Shown here: positions 23,161 to 34,678 of the stretch, in pieces
Layout: each line of letters starts with the position of its first letter
How positions within the stretch are numbered: the first letter of the stretch is position 1
Source of the DNA: Ministeria vibrans ATCC 50519
Taxonomy: Eukaryota; Protista; Filasterea
Reading direction: 5' to 3'
Length of the DNA stretch: 37,201 nt
Assembly: GCA_943704425.1 (NCBI GenBank)
Contig: CALSCP010000465.1
Span: 1 to 37,201, forward strand
The notes under the pieces: model-generated
Databases searched by the model: none
What the model was told of the DNA's origin: nothing
The model's input: only the letters and a program-made list of their open reading frames with translations
Program-made: the position numbers and the translations under genes

Positions 23161-25632
23161 ATGTCTCGCTTAAGAAACCTTTCAAAACTTACAGCGTAAG
23201 CAATAAATAGGCATTGTGGGACTACGCTTTTGCACCCAAATTGTACCCCAACTTCCCTTTCGTGTTGCCATAGCGACCCTTTCTCATTTCTTCCTATTCA
23301 CCTTTCCCAGCGAGCCCCTTCAGTCTCCCCCCGGCTCTATCTGCGACGTGACTAGCTTGGTAGCCCCGTCCGTAGAAAATAGCGACGAGAGCGACGTCGA
23401 AGAATCCTCCAGTCTGGTGAGCAACTCTCACTAATCCGGTTTGCACACAACCATGACTCACTCACGGCTCCGTCCCAGGTGTACGTACGTCCTTTGAGCT
23501 CTCGCGTTGCCCTCTCGACGCCAATAGCTGCAGTCTCGACAACACTATATGCAAACCGGCCCTCGCGTGCGCCTGCCCTTCAAGTGCCCGACTTAGACAT
23601 GCGTCGAGTTCAAGCGCAACTCGTGTCGCTCGCTCAATCTCCGCCACCCGCCATCGCCCCAAAGGCACAATGTATCTGTTCAGCCAATGCCTCGGCAGTG
23701 ACGAACGACGAGGATAATGATCATGACCATGATCATGACGACGATGATGACGAGAAGCTATCTGCGCAAACCCGAATGCGGCTACGTCGTTCCAGCGGCA
23801 ACAAAACGAGGGTGTGTTTGTTTCAGGGGGAGTTTCTGACACACGTCAGTCGTCGACTTCCTTGCACCGTCTACCTGAACATTGTCGTTGTGGCGCTTCC
23901 CATGCTGACCCTTGCCGACATTCTGGTCTGGCTGCATCCTCTCCTGTCGGGCATGGCGCTCTTCAGTCGGAGCAACGAGTGTGCGCACCTTGCCGTCGCG
24001 TTGCACTGTCGCTCACTCAAGCACCTTCGAGGACTTTTGAAGGAGAAAAAACTCACTCACGACCCATCCACATCACTCCTCTCCCTCTGCACCTCCATCC
24101 GTACCATTTCTACGCGCAGCGCCGCTGAAACCTCTCTCCTGCCCGTCTCGGACATTGCCAGTGCGCCCTTATTTCATCCACTCTTCTCCTCCTCTCTTCT
24201 CTGGTCGTCGTCCTTTGACGAAAATGTTCCTCCCGACTATAATGCACTGTTTCAATGGGCCGCTTTGCACGGCCACTTTCTATCAGCACTCCGCACAGCC
24301 ACTGTGCGCGCCAGTCATAGTCGTGTCATTGGGCTCGTCACTCCTCTTTCCTCCTTCCACACTCCTCCTCCTCCTCCTCCTCCTCCACTCGACGTCCTAC
24401 CACTCACCGAAGCACATCTCTCCCAATGGTTCTACAACAACGTCAATGTCAATGACCCCTGTACATCGACTCTTCGCCTCTCCCTCACTCCCACGCAGTT
24501 CATTGGTCCGTCAACAAAAAGTTCTCCTTCGACTTTACACCTGTCAATTCCCGTGAATGACCCTCACCAGCTTCTCAGTGTCCTCTCCATCTCTATGCAA
24601 CTGAATCTCCAACCGCGCCACATCCAAATTATTAATGACACACGTGTGGTTCTCTCAGTTGAGTCCAGCGAGTCATACACTGAGTGGCTCACGCAGCACA
24701 TCACTATGTGTCAAACCGACACGCAAATTACTGAACATCTTTTAAACTCTGACACCCATACTGGCTCAGTCGATTTCTCACAGCATCTCACTGTCTCGCG
24801 TGTGCCCGACTGCCCTTCGGACGTCCCTCACACTCTGATTATGGCACTCCGTCTCAACCAACCGGCAACTATTCACACAGCCCAGCAACTGCTCGCAACT
24901 CTCGATCGCTCGACAGTGTCTCTCGTTGGCACTGCGCTTGTCCACACGTTCCCTCCACTCCACATCACAGAAACGCCCACCCTTCTCCTCGTTCTGCACG
25001 GACCCCATCTCGCACCCACCTTAATGAGCTGCCTCTCCACCACCACCACATCACCACTCAACACTCTCCACACACTCGCGCGTCTTGCCCTCCTCTCCCC
25101 TTCCTTCTCCTTCTCTCCCTCCACTCTCCCTTCTCTCGTCGCCCGTCTCCGCCACGGCCCTCCACTCCACACAGCACACCTTTCCATCTCATCAAGTTCC
25201 CCCCGTCTTCTCTCCACCGTCCTACAACGCGCCCCATCGCCTCCATTCCACCTCCGTCTTACACACGCACACCTCAGCCCAAACACGCAGGACATCATTC
25301 TCTCCTTCTCTCACCCTTCCGCATTTTGCCGCCTCTCCTCTCTCATCACAGACTCCCTTACACACCTCTTCCCTTCCACTGCTTTCTCTCTCTCTTCTCG
25401 CTACACTCAACAGCATCCCAATGTCACGTACAGTGCCAACACCTCCGCCCTTCTTCTCGTCAGCGAATGGGCGCTTCGCTCCGAGTCAGACCCCTCTCTC
25501 ACACGCCTCTTTACCTCACTCGGCTCTCTCTCCATCCAATCACTCTCAATGGGCTTTCCGTCAATCGTCAAACAGCTTGTTGACTCTCATTTCACAATCT
25601 GTCAATCCGTACCGGAACACAAAAAGAGGTAA
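23161..25632 (+). CDS. Uncharacterised Ser/Leu/Thr/His-rich protein (>700 aa)
   Basis: 717-codon open frame 23479..25632 with probable small 5' exons from ATG 23161 (donor GTAAG at about 23196). No confident family. A 3' intron may extend it to about 25711. Confidence 0.65.
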
Positions 25633-25824
25633 AATAACAATCTCACCCTATTTTCTTTGTAGCACAAATCCATTTTCAACAAAGCAGAAACTCTCATTGT
25701 GTCATTTTTAAACAGTGACAGACCATTCATTGTACAAACTCTCACCAATCACTGTACAAACTCACTGCACATTCTTCTCTTGTAACAAAAATACGGATAA
25801 AATCAATGTACAAACTTGTGAGTT

Positions 25825-28800
25825 TTAGTGGCGAGGGTGTTTCTTAGCTTCAGCTTCAATGTGACGTCGAGTGACCGTTTCGAGAAGGAGCGGATTGTGC
25901 TCCATGAGAACAGACAGGACAATGTCAATGTACTCGCGAAGTTCTTCGTTGTCCTCGACAAGAGCTAAGAGAGAGAAAAAAAAGCGAGAGGGAAAGGAAA
26001 CGAATGAGAAAAGTTGTGAAAATGAAACCAGTGAGATGCAGAAGGAGTGAAAATTGTAATACGTAAATAGAAACAGTGAATCAAATTAATTACACACAAA
26101 TAATGCTCACTCACAAACACAAATGCAGACCGATAGACAAACAATCAGAGACAACAAAAAACCACATAAATTAATTTATTTAAATTACTATCAATGTATT
26201 TTTCTCTTCCTCGCTCCGTTTGTTCTTACCTTGATGGCCTTTCTTCAAGGCAATAATTTCCGCTTCAAGACCCTGTCTGGACACATTGCCATTGCCCATG
26301 GTCCGCTGAGAGTCTGTTTGAAGAGAATATCCTAAAACGGAGTGTGATATAGTGTCTTGAATTTAGACTTGTCAACTCAAACCTGATTCGCTGGTACTAA
26401 TGTAAGTAAAGTCAGTAGGACTGCGACCAACGACTCCCTTTGTCATTGCAATTACAACTGGACCACTGCCTCTGCCGGGCCCTAATAGAGAGAGTGAGAG
26501 AAGAGAGAGAAACATATTACGTGAGCTCAATCATAGACCGCCACGAAAATCACTCTGATACTCACTCACCCTCACGATAATAATATAACCCCTCTCTATC
26601 ACTTTGTTTCTTTTCTCTCACACACATTCTCTCTATTACTTTCGCTTCTTTCCCCTCTTCTCTTCTCTTCTCTCTCTCTCTCTCTATCACTTTATTCTTT
26701 CTCCCTCCTTTCAGTCTATCACTTTATTCTTTCTCCCGTTCTTTCTCTCTTTCTCTCTCACTTTGTTTCTCTCTCTCACTTTGTTTCTTTCTCCCTCCTC
26801 TCTCTCTCTTCTCTCTCTTTCTCTTTCAATTACCAGTCACCACTTTGATGGTCGAGTTTTCAACTGAAACAATGTTCTCGCGACAGTCCACACCAGCAAT
26901 TTTCAATGACGCAATATCATCGGGATTTGAGCCAAAGTGCTGACCGCGAATGGTGATGGTGTCACCGCCATCGGATGAGCCATTGATGGGCGAGAGGCCG
27001 GTGATTTCGGGGGGAAGAGGAACGGTGTCTGGCTTAGCGAGTGCTGGAGGGACAAACTTGATGTCGGGCACAGTGGAAGTGCGACGGAATGAGCCAACAA
27101 GACGCGACGCAATGTTGGAATGGGATGTGCTGCTGGACATGGACTGATGGTCCGAGGGGCTCTGAGGCTGCGATGTTGGTTCATAGAGAAATTTGAGAGT
27201 GTTATGTGATTTTCCGCCCTTAGTGGTCTTCACGCTGACGTAGACGGAATTTTGACCGGGGGGAGCAACGCACGTGAGGCGGGTAGAGGATTCCCAGCAG
27301 AGGGAGGATGAAACGTCGGTTGAGCCGACTGAGACGCGCGAAATGTCTTCAATAGACGCGCCAAAGTGAGCGCCCGTAACGATGATGCGAGTGCCCCCGG
27401 TGTCTGGGCCGTGCGCGGGAGAGAGCGCTTTGATTTCGGGGCGTGGGGTCCGCTGGCTGCCTTGGCGGGAGGAGGACGACAGGGAGGTGACAGAGGAGGA
27501 CCGACTGTGGGTCACGACGGCGGGTTGACTGGCTTCGGTAGTGGTGGTGAGGTGAGGGGAAGAGGGAGAGCTCAAGTCACCGTTGGAGGGAGTGGTAGAC
27601 GACGGTGGTGGGGGTGCTGCACCACGTTGTGGGGGCTGCTGCTGCTGCTGTGAAGATGATTGTTGCTGTTGTTGTAGCTGTGGCGGTGGTGCTTGTTGTT
27701 CGGTGGAGGGCTCAGGAGGCGCACTCTGCGTCTCTTGTGGCTGTGCTGGCGGCGACGGCTGAGACTCTTCCGCTGCGGGTGATGCCGTTGTGGGTTTCGG
27801 GTTGGACTTGCGAAAGGAAAGACGGCGGTGTGAACGAACTTCTTCGCCAGTGGTATCGCCTGGAGGGGATTCTCCCGCTGCTGCTGCTGCTGCTGCTGGT
27901 GTGTCTCCATCGCCCTTTTTGTGCTTCCGAAGCGACGGAGTGCGCAACAGTTTGCCCAACCCTTTCTTTTCCTTGTCCTTGTCCTTATCTTTTTCGTCGT
28001 CGTGAGGATGATGATCATCATCGCCAGTAGCTGCTGTTGATGCGGCGCTGGCCCCGCCACGTTTGGAGTGTGATCGCAAAAGTGAAGGAGTGCGCAAAAT
28101 GTTGCCGAGTGTTGACGTGTGCTTTTCCGCGTCTTCCACGTCCGTCTCGCTGTACTTGGAGATGAAAAAGTCGCAACAGAGTTCGCCACGCTTGATAGTG
28201 GTGCTAGACGGATCAAACTTGCCAGGCTACACATGACAAACAACAAAAGTTCAACACTACATTGCAAGTACGTTATTTTCTGTCTACCTTATCAAAGAGT
28301 GTGATCCATCGTTCTCCTCGCGACGCCGTTGGCAACATGGAGACTGGAATGTGGAAGACGCCTAGTGCCTCTTTGTCCTTTTCCTTGACGCGGATTTCGA
28401 GATCGCGCGAATAGTCTTTATCTTTGATCTTACTGAAATGAAAATTAATATGTTTGTGAACAAAAACAAAAAACAAAAAAAAACAAAACAAAAAAGAGAG
28501 AGAAGAGAAGAAGAAAAGGGTTGAGAGAGGGTAGACACAAGGGACAGCAGCGTACAGAATGCACTCTTCGTTCCAGATAGGTGAGTCTGATTTTGAGCTC
28601 GTTTCCGTTTTGAACTTGACATCGCCGATTTCGACCTGATATGGGCAAGAGAGGCGGTCAGGGAACATGAGGGGGTGGCAGTGTCATCGCCTGCGCGACT
28701 GTAGCGGTCCGTTGCAGAGCCACAAAAGGAGATGAATGTTTTTTTTTCCTCTCTCTGTCTCTCGCACTTTCTACCTTGACATATGCGGCCACAGAGGCAC

Positions 28801-28869
28801 CGTGCTTCTTGTGTTGAAAGCCACGCCCTCGGTAGACTGCAGAGGGGGAGTAGCGCGAAGAAAGATGTT

Positions 28870-28906
<37 letters not shown>

Positions 28907-28981
28907 ATCATATTTTGATGATATGATGATGATTGGCTTACGTCGAACAATGACTTCAGAGGGTGTTTTCTTGCCACTCAT
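25825..28981 (-). CDS. Rab11-FIP class I-like protein: N-terminal C2 domain, disordered linker, two Sec5-type IPT/TIG domains, C-terminal coiled coil and FIP Rab-binding domain
   Basis: C2: AYVKVEIGDVKFKTE..KSDSPIWNEEC, LEIRVKEKD, WITLFDK..RGEL. IPTs: PEIKALSPAHGPDTGGTRIIVTGAHFG and PEITGLSPINGSSDGGDTITIRGQHFG. Last exon LVEDNEELREYIDIVLSVLMEHNPLLLE resembles the RBD motif L..YID.LL..IME..P.+LE. Confidence 0.8.
26590..26826. repeat. Pyrimidine-rich intronic repeat containing CTCTCTATCACTTT units
   Basis: Same core motif as 2263-2492 and 32330-32480. Confidence 0.75.
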
Positions 28982-29075
28982 GGCTATCAAAGTAGACAGA
29001 GAAGAACAAAAAAAGTGTTAAATAAATCACTTAAATATAAAGAGATTAATTCATTTCCACTTTCACTTTTATTGA

Positions 29076-30120
29076 ATGATCAGAAGGCTGATCAGGGCCT
29101 CTCATCTCCCTCGGTTGCCATTCCATCCAGAACCCATCTCACCAGCTCCCCGCCGCGCCATGGCAACAGCAGCCACTAAGGTATTTGCTGTGTTTTGCGC
29201 TACTTTGTCACTCGACAGCTCATTTTCGCACTTGAGCAGCCACGTCTTCTCGGGCAACGCGAGTCACAGGGTAGGTGGTTGGACGGAGGACGTTGCGTTG
29301 GAATGTCCGTGTGTTGTATGGTGTAGAGATTGATGAGGAGCTCTTTGATCGATATCGCTTCTCTCTTGATCAGCTGATGGAACTCGCTGGTCTGTCGGTC
29401 GCCCAAGCCGTCTTCCGTGCCTACCCTCCACCGACCGCAACAGGTACACCCGTCTCTGGACAAACTCAGCAAGAAGAAGAAGAAAAAGAACCGCAACAAC
29501 AACAACAACAATTAGTACATCATCATCATCAACAACAACAACAACAACAGCAGTCCAAGCGGGTGCTTGTGCTTGCAGGCCCTGGCAACAACGGCGGAGA
29601 CGGCCTGGTCGCCGCGCGTCACTTGCAACTTCTTGGCTTCACTGTCTCTGTGGTCTACCCCAAACGACCCGCACGCGCACCCTTTCCTTCCCTTGTTCAG
29701 CAATGCGAGCTCAGCGGCATCCCAGTTGCGTCGGACATGCCCCCGCCCGAATCGCTGCGTGACGCCTATGACATTCTCGTCGACGCTCTCTTTGGCTTCT
29801 CCTTCCATCCGCCCATCCGTGACCCCTTCGTCGCTGTCATTGAGTCCATGCGACTCTCTAAGCTTCCCATTGTCTCGGTCGACATCCCCTCCGGATGGGA
29901 TGTCGAGCAGGGCAATCTCATGGGCGAGACGGGGCTGAGACCTGACACCCTTGTCTCACTCACTGCCCCCAAAAAGTGCGCACAGCACTTTGAGGGTACT
30001 CATCACTTTCTGGGCGGTCGCTTTGTGCCACGCGCAATGGAACGCGAACGAATCCTCAATCTACCGTCGTACCCCGGTCTTGATTCCATTGTCGCATTGG
30101 AAGTGCGCTCGCACCAATGA
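29076..30120 (+). CDS. NAXE: NAD(P)H-hydrate epimerase (YjeF_N)
   Basis: IDEELF..YRFSLDQLMELAGLSVAQAV, VLAGPGNNGGDGLVAARHL, VDALFGFSF, SVDIPSGWDVE, VSLTAPKKCA..F.G.HHFLGGRFVP; two short 5' introns. Confidence 0.96.
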
Positions 30121-30246
30121 GTTGTACCGAAGAAAGATGTGAAGATTAAAAAAGTAACTGATAAGGTCTGAATACGTTTTGTCTAGGATGTTACTGAATA
30201 CTGATAACAACATTATTTTACATATTCCGTTGATTTTCTTGTCATC

Positions 30247-32480
30247 ATGGCCGAAGAAGCGCCTCAAGAGATTGCCATGGTGCCAATGGTACGAATGGCG
30301 ACGCGCACGCTGTCCCAGCTAACGCCCACGGGCCGTAGGAAACGCTGCAACGGCGTCGGTCGTACGAGGACGCTCTCGCGCACGCAGACAAGCCGGAGGG
30401 GGCCGCATCGGATGCGCTGGCCGTCACACAAGCCATCAGTGCCGCCCGCGCCCTCTCGCTCTCCACCGCTGCTAAGGTATACGCTCTTTTAGCTTTTTTT
30501 TGTTGTCTTCGTTTTTTAAATTTCTCTCTCTCACTCTCTCACTCTCTCACTCTCACTCACACACATTTTTTTTTTTCGCTCTCTGTGCATTAAACCGAAA
30601 CCGACGTAGGCGATGGACAAGCCAGTTGTGATCACGTTCAACAAGGTCTCGTACAGTGTGGACATGCCAGTGAAGCGCATGTCGGCCATGCAAAAGCTGC
30701 GTGGCTTCTCACTGCGCGGCTTCCCCAAGCCCGAAGTCAAGCGCAAGTTTCTCCTGACTGACGTGAGCGGCACTATGCTGCCTGGCACTATGACTTCACT
30801 TATGGGTCCATCTGTAAGCAGAAGATTGGTTTGTGTGTGTGTGTGTGTGTGTGTGTGAATGTGTGTGTGTGTGAATGTGTCCTTGGTTAGCTTATGGGTA
30901 ATGACTGTTGTGTTGTGTTTTTATAATATTATTGTATATAACCATGTGTGTTGTTTGCAGGGAGCGGGAAAGTCAACACTGTTGGATGTGTTGTCAGGCC
31001 GCAAAAACACAGGATACATTGACGGCGACATTCTCTTCAATGGTCATCCCATGACGGCGGACATCAAGCGAAACCTTGGTACTCTACAATATCCACACAA
31101 AACAGTCCAAGCTAGTATTGAGTACTTTTTCGTTGCAGGTTATGTTGAACAGACCAACACACTGATTGAGACACTGACAGTGCGTCAGCTGCTGACGTAC
31201 ACAGCGCGGTTGCGACTTCCGGACTGGTGGACTGACGAACGTCGAAAACAGCGTGTAAGCACAAAAAAAAGCAATATTATACTGATAGATAATGAGTGGT
31301 TGGTGATTAATTGTCTGTGTGTTGCTGTTGGTTTTTGTTTTAGGTGAATGATGTGATTGAGGAACTGGGACTGGCGAGTTGCGCTGATACAATGATTGGC
31401 GGAGAGACACTGCGGGGAGTGAGTGGAGGACAGGCGAAACGGGTGAACATCGGAGTGGAGCTCATTACCAATCCCAGAGTGCTCTTTCTCGATGAACCTA
31501 CAACGTACCCAATCTCAATTTATGTGTGTGTATATATATGTATGTGTCTTGTGCAAATGATTGCCTGAGTGTGTTTTGTTTTTCTTTCTGTCCGCTGTCT
31601 GTGAATGGTGGATTGATTTGTTACTGTTTGAACAGGGGACTGGATGCAGCAACGTCGTTTGAAGTGATGTCGGTGATGCGTCACATTGCAGACGGAGGAC
31701 GCAGTATCATTGCCACAATCCGTATAATATTATCCATCTTACCATGTTGCACTAGGATGATATCAATTTAACAATCGTTTTTTTTTTGTAGATCAACCTA
31801 GCACGGATGTTTTTTTGCTTTTCAATCGGTATGCACTCGCAGATTGACACTATGTCTCTGTCACTCTTGCATTACAACTGACTTTCCCATTGACGCTCTC
31901 GCACTCCCTTACTCAATTGCCTCATACCATTCCTCTATTTCTCTTGTTTAGCCTTCTTCTTCTTGTGAGTGGCGAGGTCACTTACTTGGGCCCAATCAAT
32001 TTGGCTGTCTCTCACTTTACAAACTTTGGCTTTGTCTATGATTCCAAGGAAAATCCCGCTGATTTCATTGGTACCACACACCTCATTATTTCATCTCTGG
32101 ATTCTTAATCATTACGATTAAACTCTTTTTGTGTGTGTCAATTTACACAAGCCACTGACATTCTCTCTCATCTCTTTTTTGTGTGCTTATCAGTTGCTGT
32201 GACTGGACAGGACAATGATGACGAAAACAAACAGATTGCCGGTCCAAAAGTGCACAAAGTAAGTCCTTTACGTCTCTTTGTCGTTGCCTTACCTTTCGAT
32301 TTCACCCATTTTCTCATTCTTCTCTCTCCCTCTATCTCTCTCTATCACTTTGTTTCTCTCTCTCTCTCTCTCTCTATCACTTTGTTTCTCTCTATCACTT
32401 TGTTTCTCTCTATCACTTTGTTTCTCTCTCTCTCTATCACTTTGTTTCTCTCTCTCTCTTGTCTCTCTCTCTCTATCACT

Positions 32481-32562
<82 letters not shown>

Positions 32563-34554
32563 TCCCTTTTTTCAGCGTTTTTTTGCTGAGAAGTATCGCG
32601 AGTCAGCCATTTACGGCGAGCGAATGCTAAGCATGGCTAAGGCTCAGCAGGAAGTCGGTCAAGCAAGCTCAGTGTAAGTTATCTACCTCTTTGTTAGTTT
32701 CTCCTTTCTCTCTCTATCCCTTTATTCCTCTCTCAATCACTTTGTTTCTTTCTCTCTCCTTTCTCAATCTCCTCTCTCAAACTCTTTAAAATGTTCCACC
32801 TCATTTCTTTCTCTCTCTTTTACAATACATTTACTCACTGCCACTGCCCTGTTTTTTTTATTCCTTTCTCACTCCTGTTTTCTCATTCCTGTTTTCAGTT
32901 CCACTCTGACGCGCAAACCAGTTCAATTCGAAAACACACGATGGCACAATTTCAAGGTTCTGCTCTCGCGCCATTGGCTGCAGAAGAAGAATGACAAAGC
33001 CTATTGGGTGGCCCGCCTTTCAAAGATCATCTTTATGGATTTCATCATTGCCACTCTCTTTAACAACCTTCCAAAAGAGTAATTTAATCCTACGCCTCCT
33101 CTTTGTTTTTGACTAATTTTTTATTGATAGTGAAACGGGAGTTTACTCGACAGTTTCTGTCCTGTAAGAACGAAGTAATTATTTGAAATGAGTCTGATCC
33201 TTTGATTTTGCGTAGTCAAATGTCCGTGATGACCTTTGGATTTGCCGCAATGGGAAATATCGGAGAAGGTACAATTCTACTTGTGATCTTCATGTGATTT
33301 TTCACTTCATTTATTCCTACAATTGTGTGTCTTTGGAATGTTTATTCTTCTCATTGTCTTGTCTCTACCGCACTATTGCTCAGATGTCTCCCAGAAAGCA
33401 TTCTTCCAGCGCGAGCGCAGCTCCGGCACCTACCAAGTGAGTGCGTGGTTCTTCAGCTATGTCCTCAGTGACATTCCTGCGCTGCTCATGCAACTCCTAC
33501 TATGGGCGCTTGTGCTCTACTGGTCTGTCGGTTTGCGTGATGATGCGGCTGCCTTCTTCATCTTTACTGGTGTGCTCTTCGTCACACAGCTCTTGGGTTC
33601 TGCTATGGGTCTGGTACACACGAATTTATCATTTTGTCCTTTCTCCACTCTCTTTTCTTTCTTTCTCACGTTGTCCTCGTTTTCTCTTTCTCTTTCGAAC
33701 TTAAACTCAAACTCTATCACTTTGATTTTTTTTCCCTCTCCGTCGTCCTTTTTCTTTTCTTCTTTTCTGTGTCTTTCCTGATTCATTGATTCTTAGACGT
33801 TTGCCTTCCTGATGCCCACGTTTGAGACTGCCATTGCCTTTGGGTTTCCCATTATCATTCTCACATTTGTTTTCTCTGGGTTCTACGTGCGACGTCCACT
33901 CATTCCGGATTACTTTGTGTGGCTCTACTACATTTCCTACATGACGGTACGCGCCATTGAATCTCTCTCACACACAACACGTCGAATCTCACGTCACATG
34001 TCAATGTAGTACACTCTAAATGCGCTTGCGATCAACCAGTTCAGCGGATCTACCGTGTACACGCAAACGACAACGTGCGACGCGTGTGTTGCTGAGTTCC
34101 CTTGTCCCGCCAATGCTACTGCTGCTCTCAACAACACTGTCTGCTGTGTGTCGACCGATCAAGTTGTCCCTTGGCCCAACGACGACATCCTCACTTATTG
34201 GGGCTTTGGCAGTGAAGTAAGAATCCTATAATAATTACAATTATATACACTCGCTTCCCTTTTCTCGCCCCACCTGCACTGTCTTTTTACTGTTTACTCG
34301 CTCTCTCACTCACTGCTTTTCACCCTTTTTTCTCACTGCTCTTCGCTCACTCCCACTCCTTTTACTCTTTACTCGTTCTCTCTCTCTCACTGCTTTTCAC
34401 TCTTTTTTCTCACTGCTCTTCGCTCACTCCCACTCCTTTTCAGGGTCCCATCAACAACGTGTGGGGCAATGTTGTCGTCATTGTGTCACTCTTTTGCTTT
34501 TGGTTATGTCTTGCCTACTCTGCTCTTCGCTTCCGCAAGATTGGAAACCGCTGA
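30247..34554 (+). CDS. ABCG (White/BCRP-like) half transporter, NBD-TMD order, many exons
   Basis: Walker A MGPS|GAGKSTLLD (split by an intron), [18 protein letters not shown], signature [13 protein letters not shown], Walker [35 protein letters not shown]...[13 protein letters not shown]. Confidence 0.93.
32325..32560. repeat. CTCTATCACTTTGTTT minisatellite plus (CT)n, in an ABCG intron
   Basis: About 6 imperfect units followed by a long (CT)n run. Confidence 0.9.
34311..34440. repeat. Intronic duplication of about 53 bp with about 77-bp period, in the last ABCG intron
   Basis: cactgcttttcac.cttttttctcactgctcttcgctcactcccactcctttt occurs at about 34311 and about 34388. Confidence 0.85.
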
Positions 34555-34574
34555 TTTTTTTTCAACCCCCCCCC

Positions 34575-34609
34575 NNNNNNNNNNNNNNNNNNNNNNNNNN
34601 NNNNNNNNN
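34575..34609. other. Assembly gap flanked by poly-C
   Basis: N run inside a C homopolymer between two convergent genes. Confidence 1.
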
Positions 34610-34678
34610 CCCCCCCCCCCCCCTTTTTATCTGATGTATGTCTTTTAATTTTAAAATAAAAGAAGACGTATTATTATT

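Noticed and set aside
34566-34623. Poly-C tract (and poly-G at the window end) as functional G-quadruplex elements
   Set aside because: Both abut an assembly gap or the window edge, so their true length and context are unknown.
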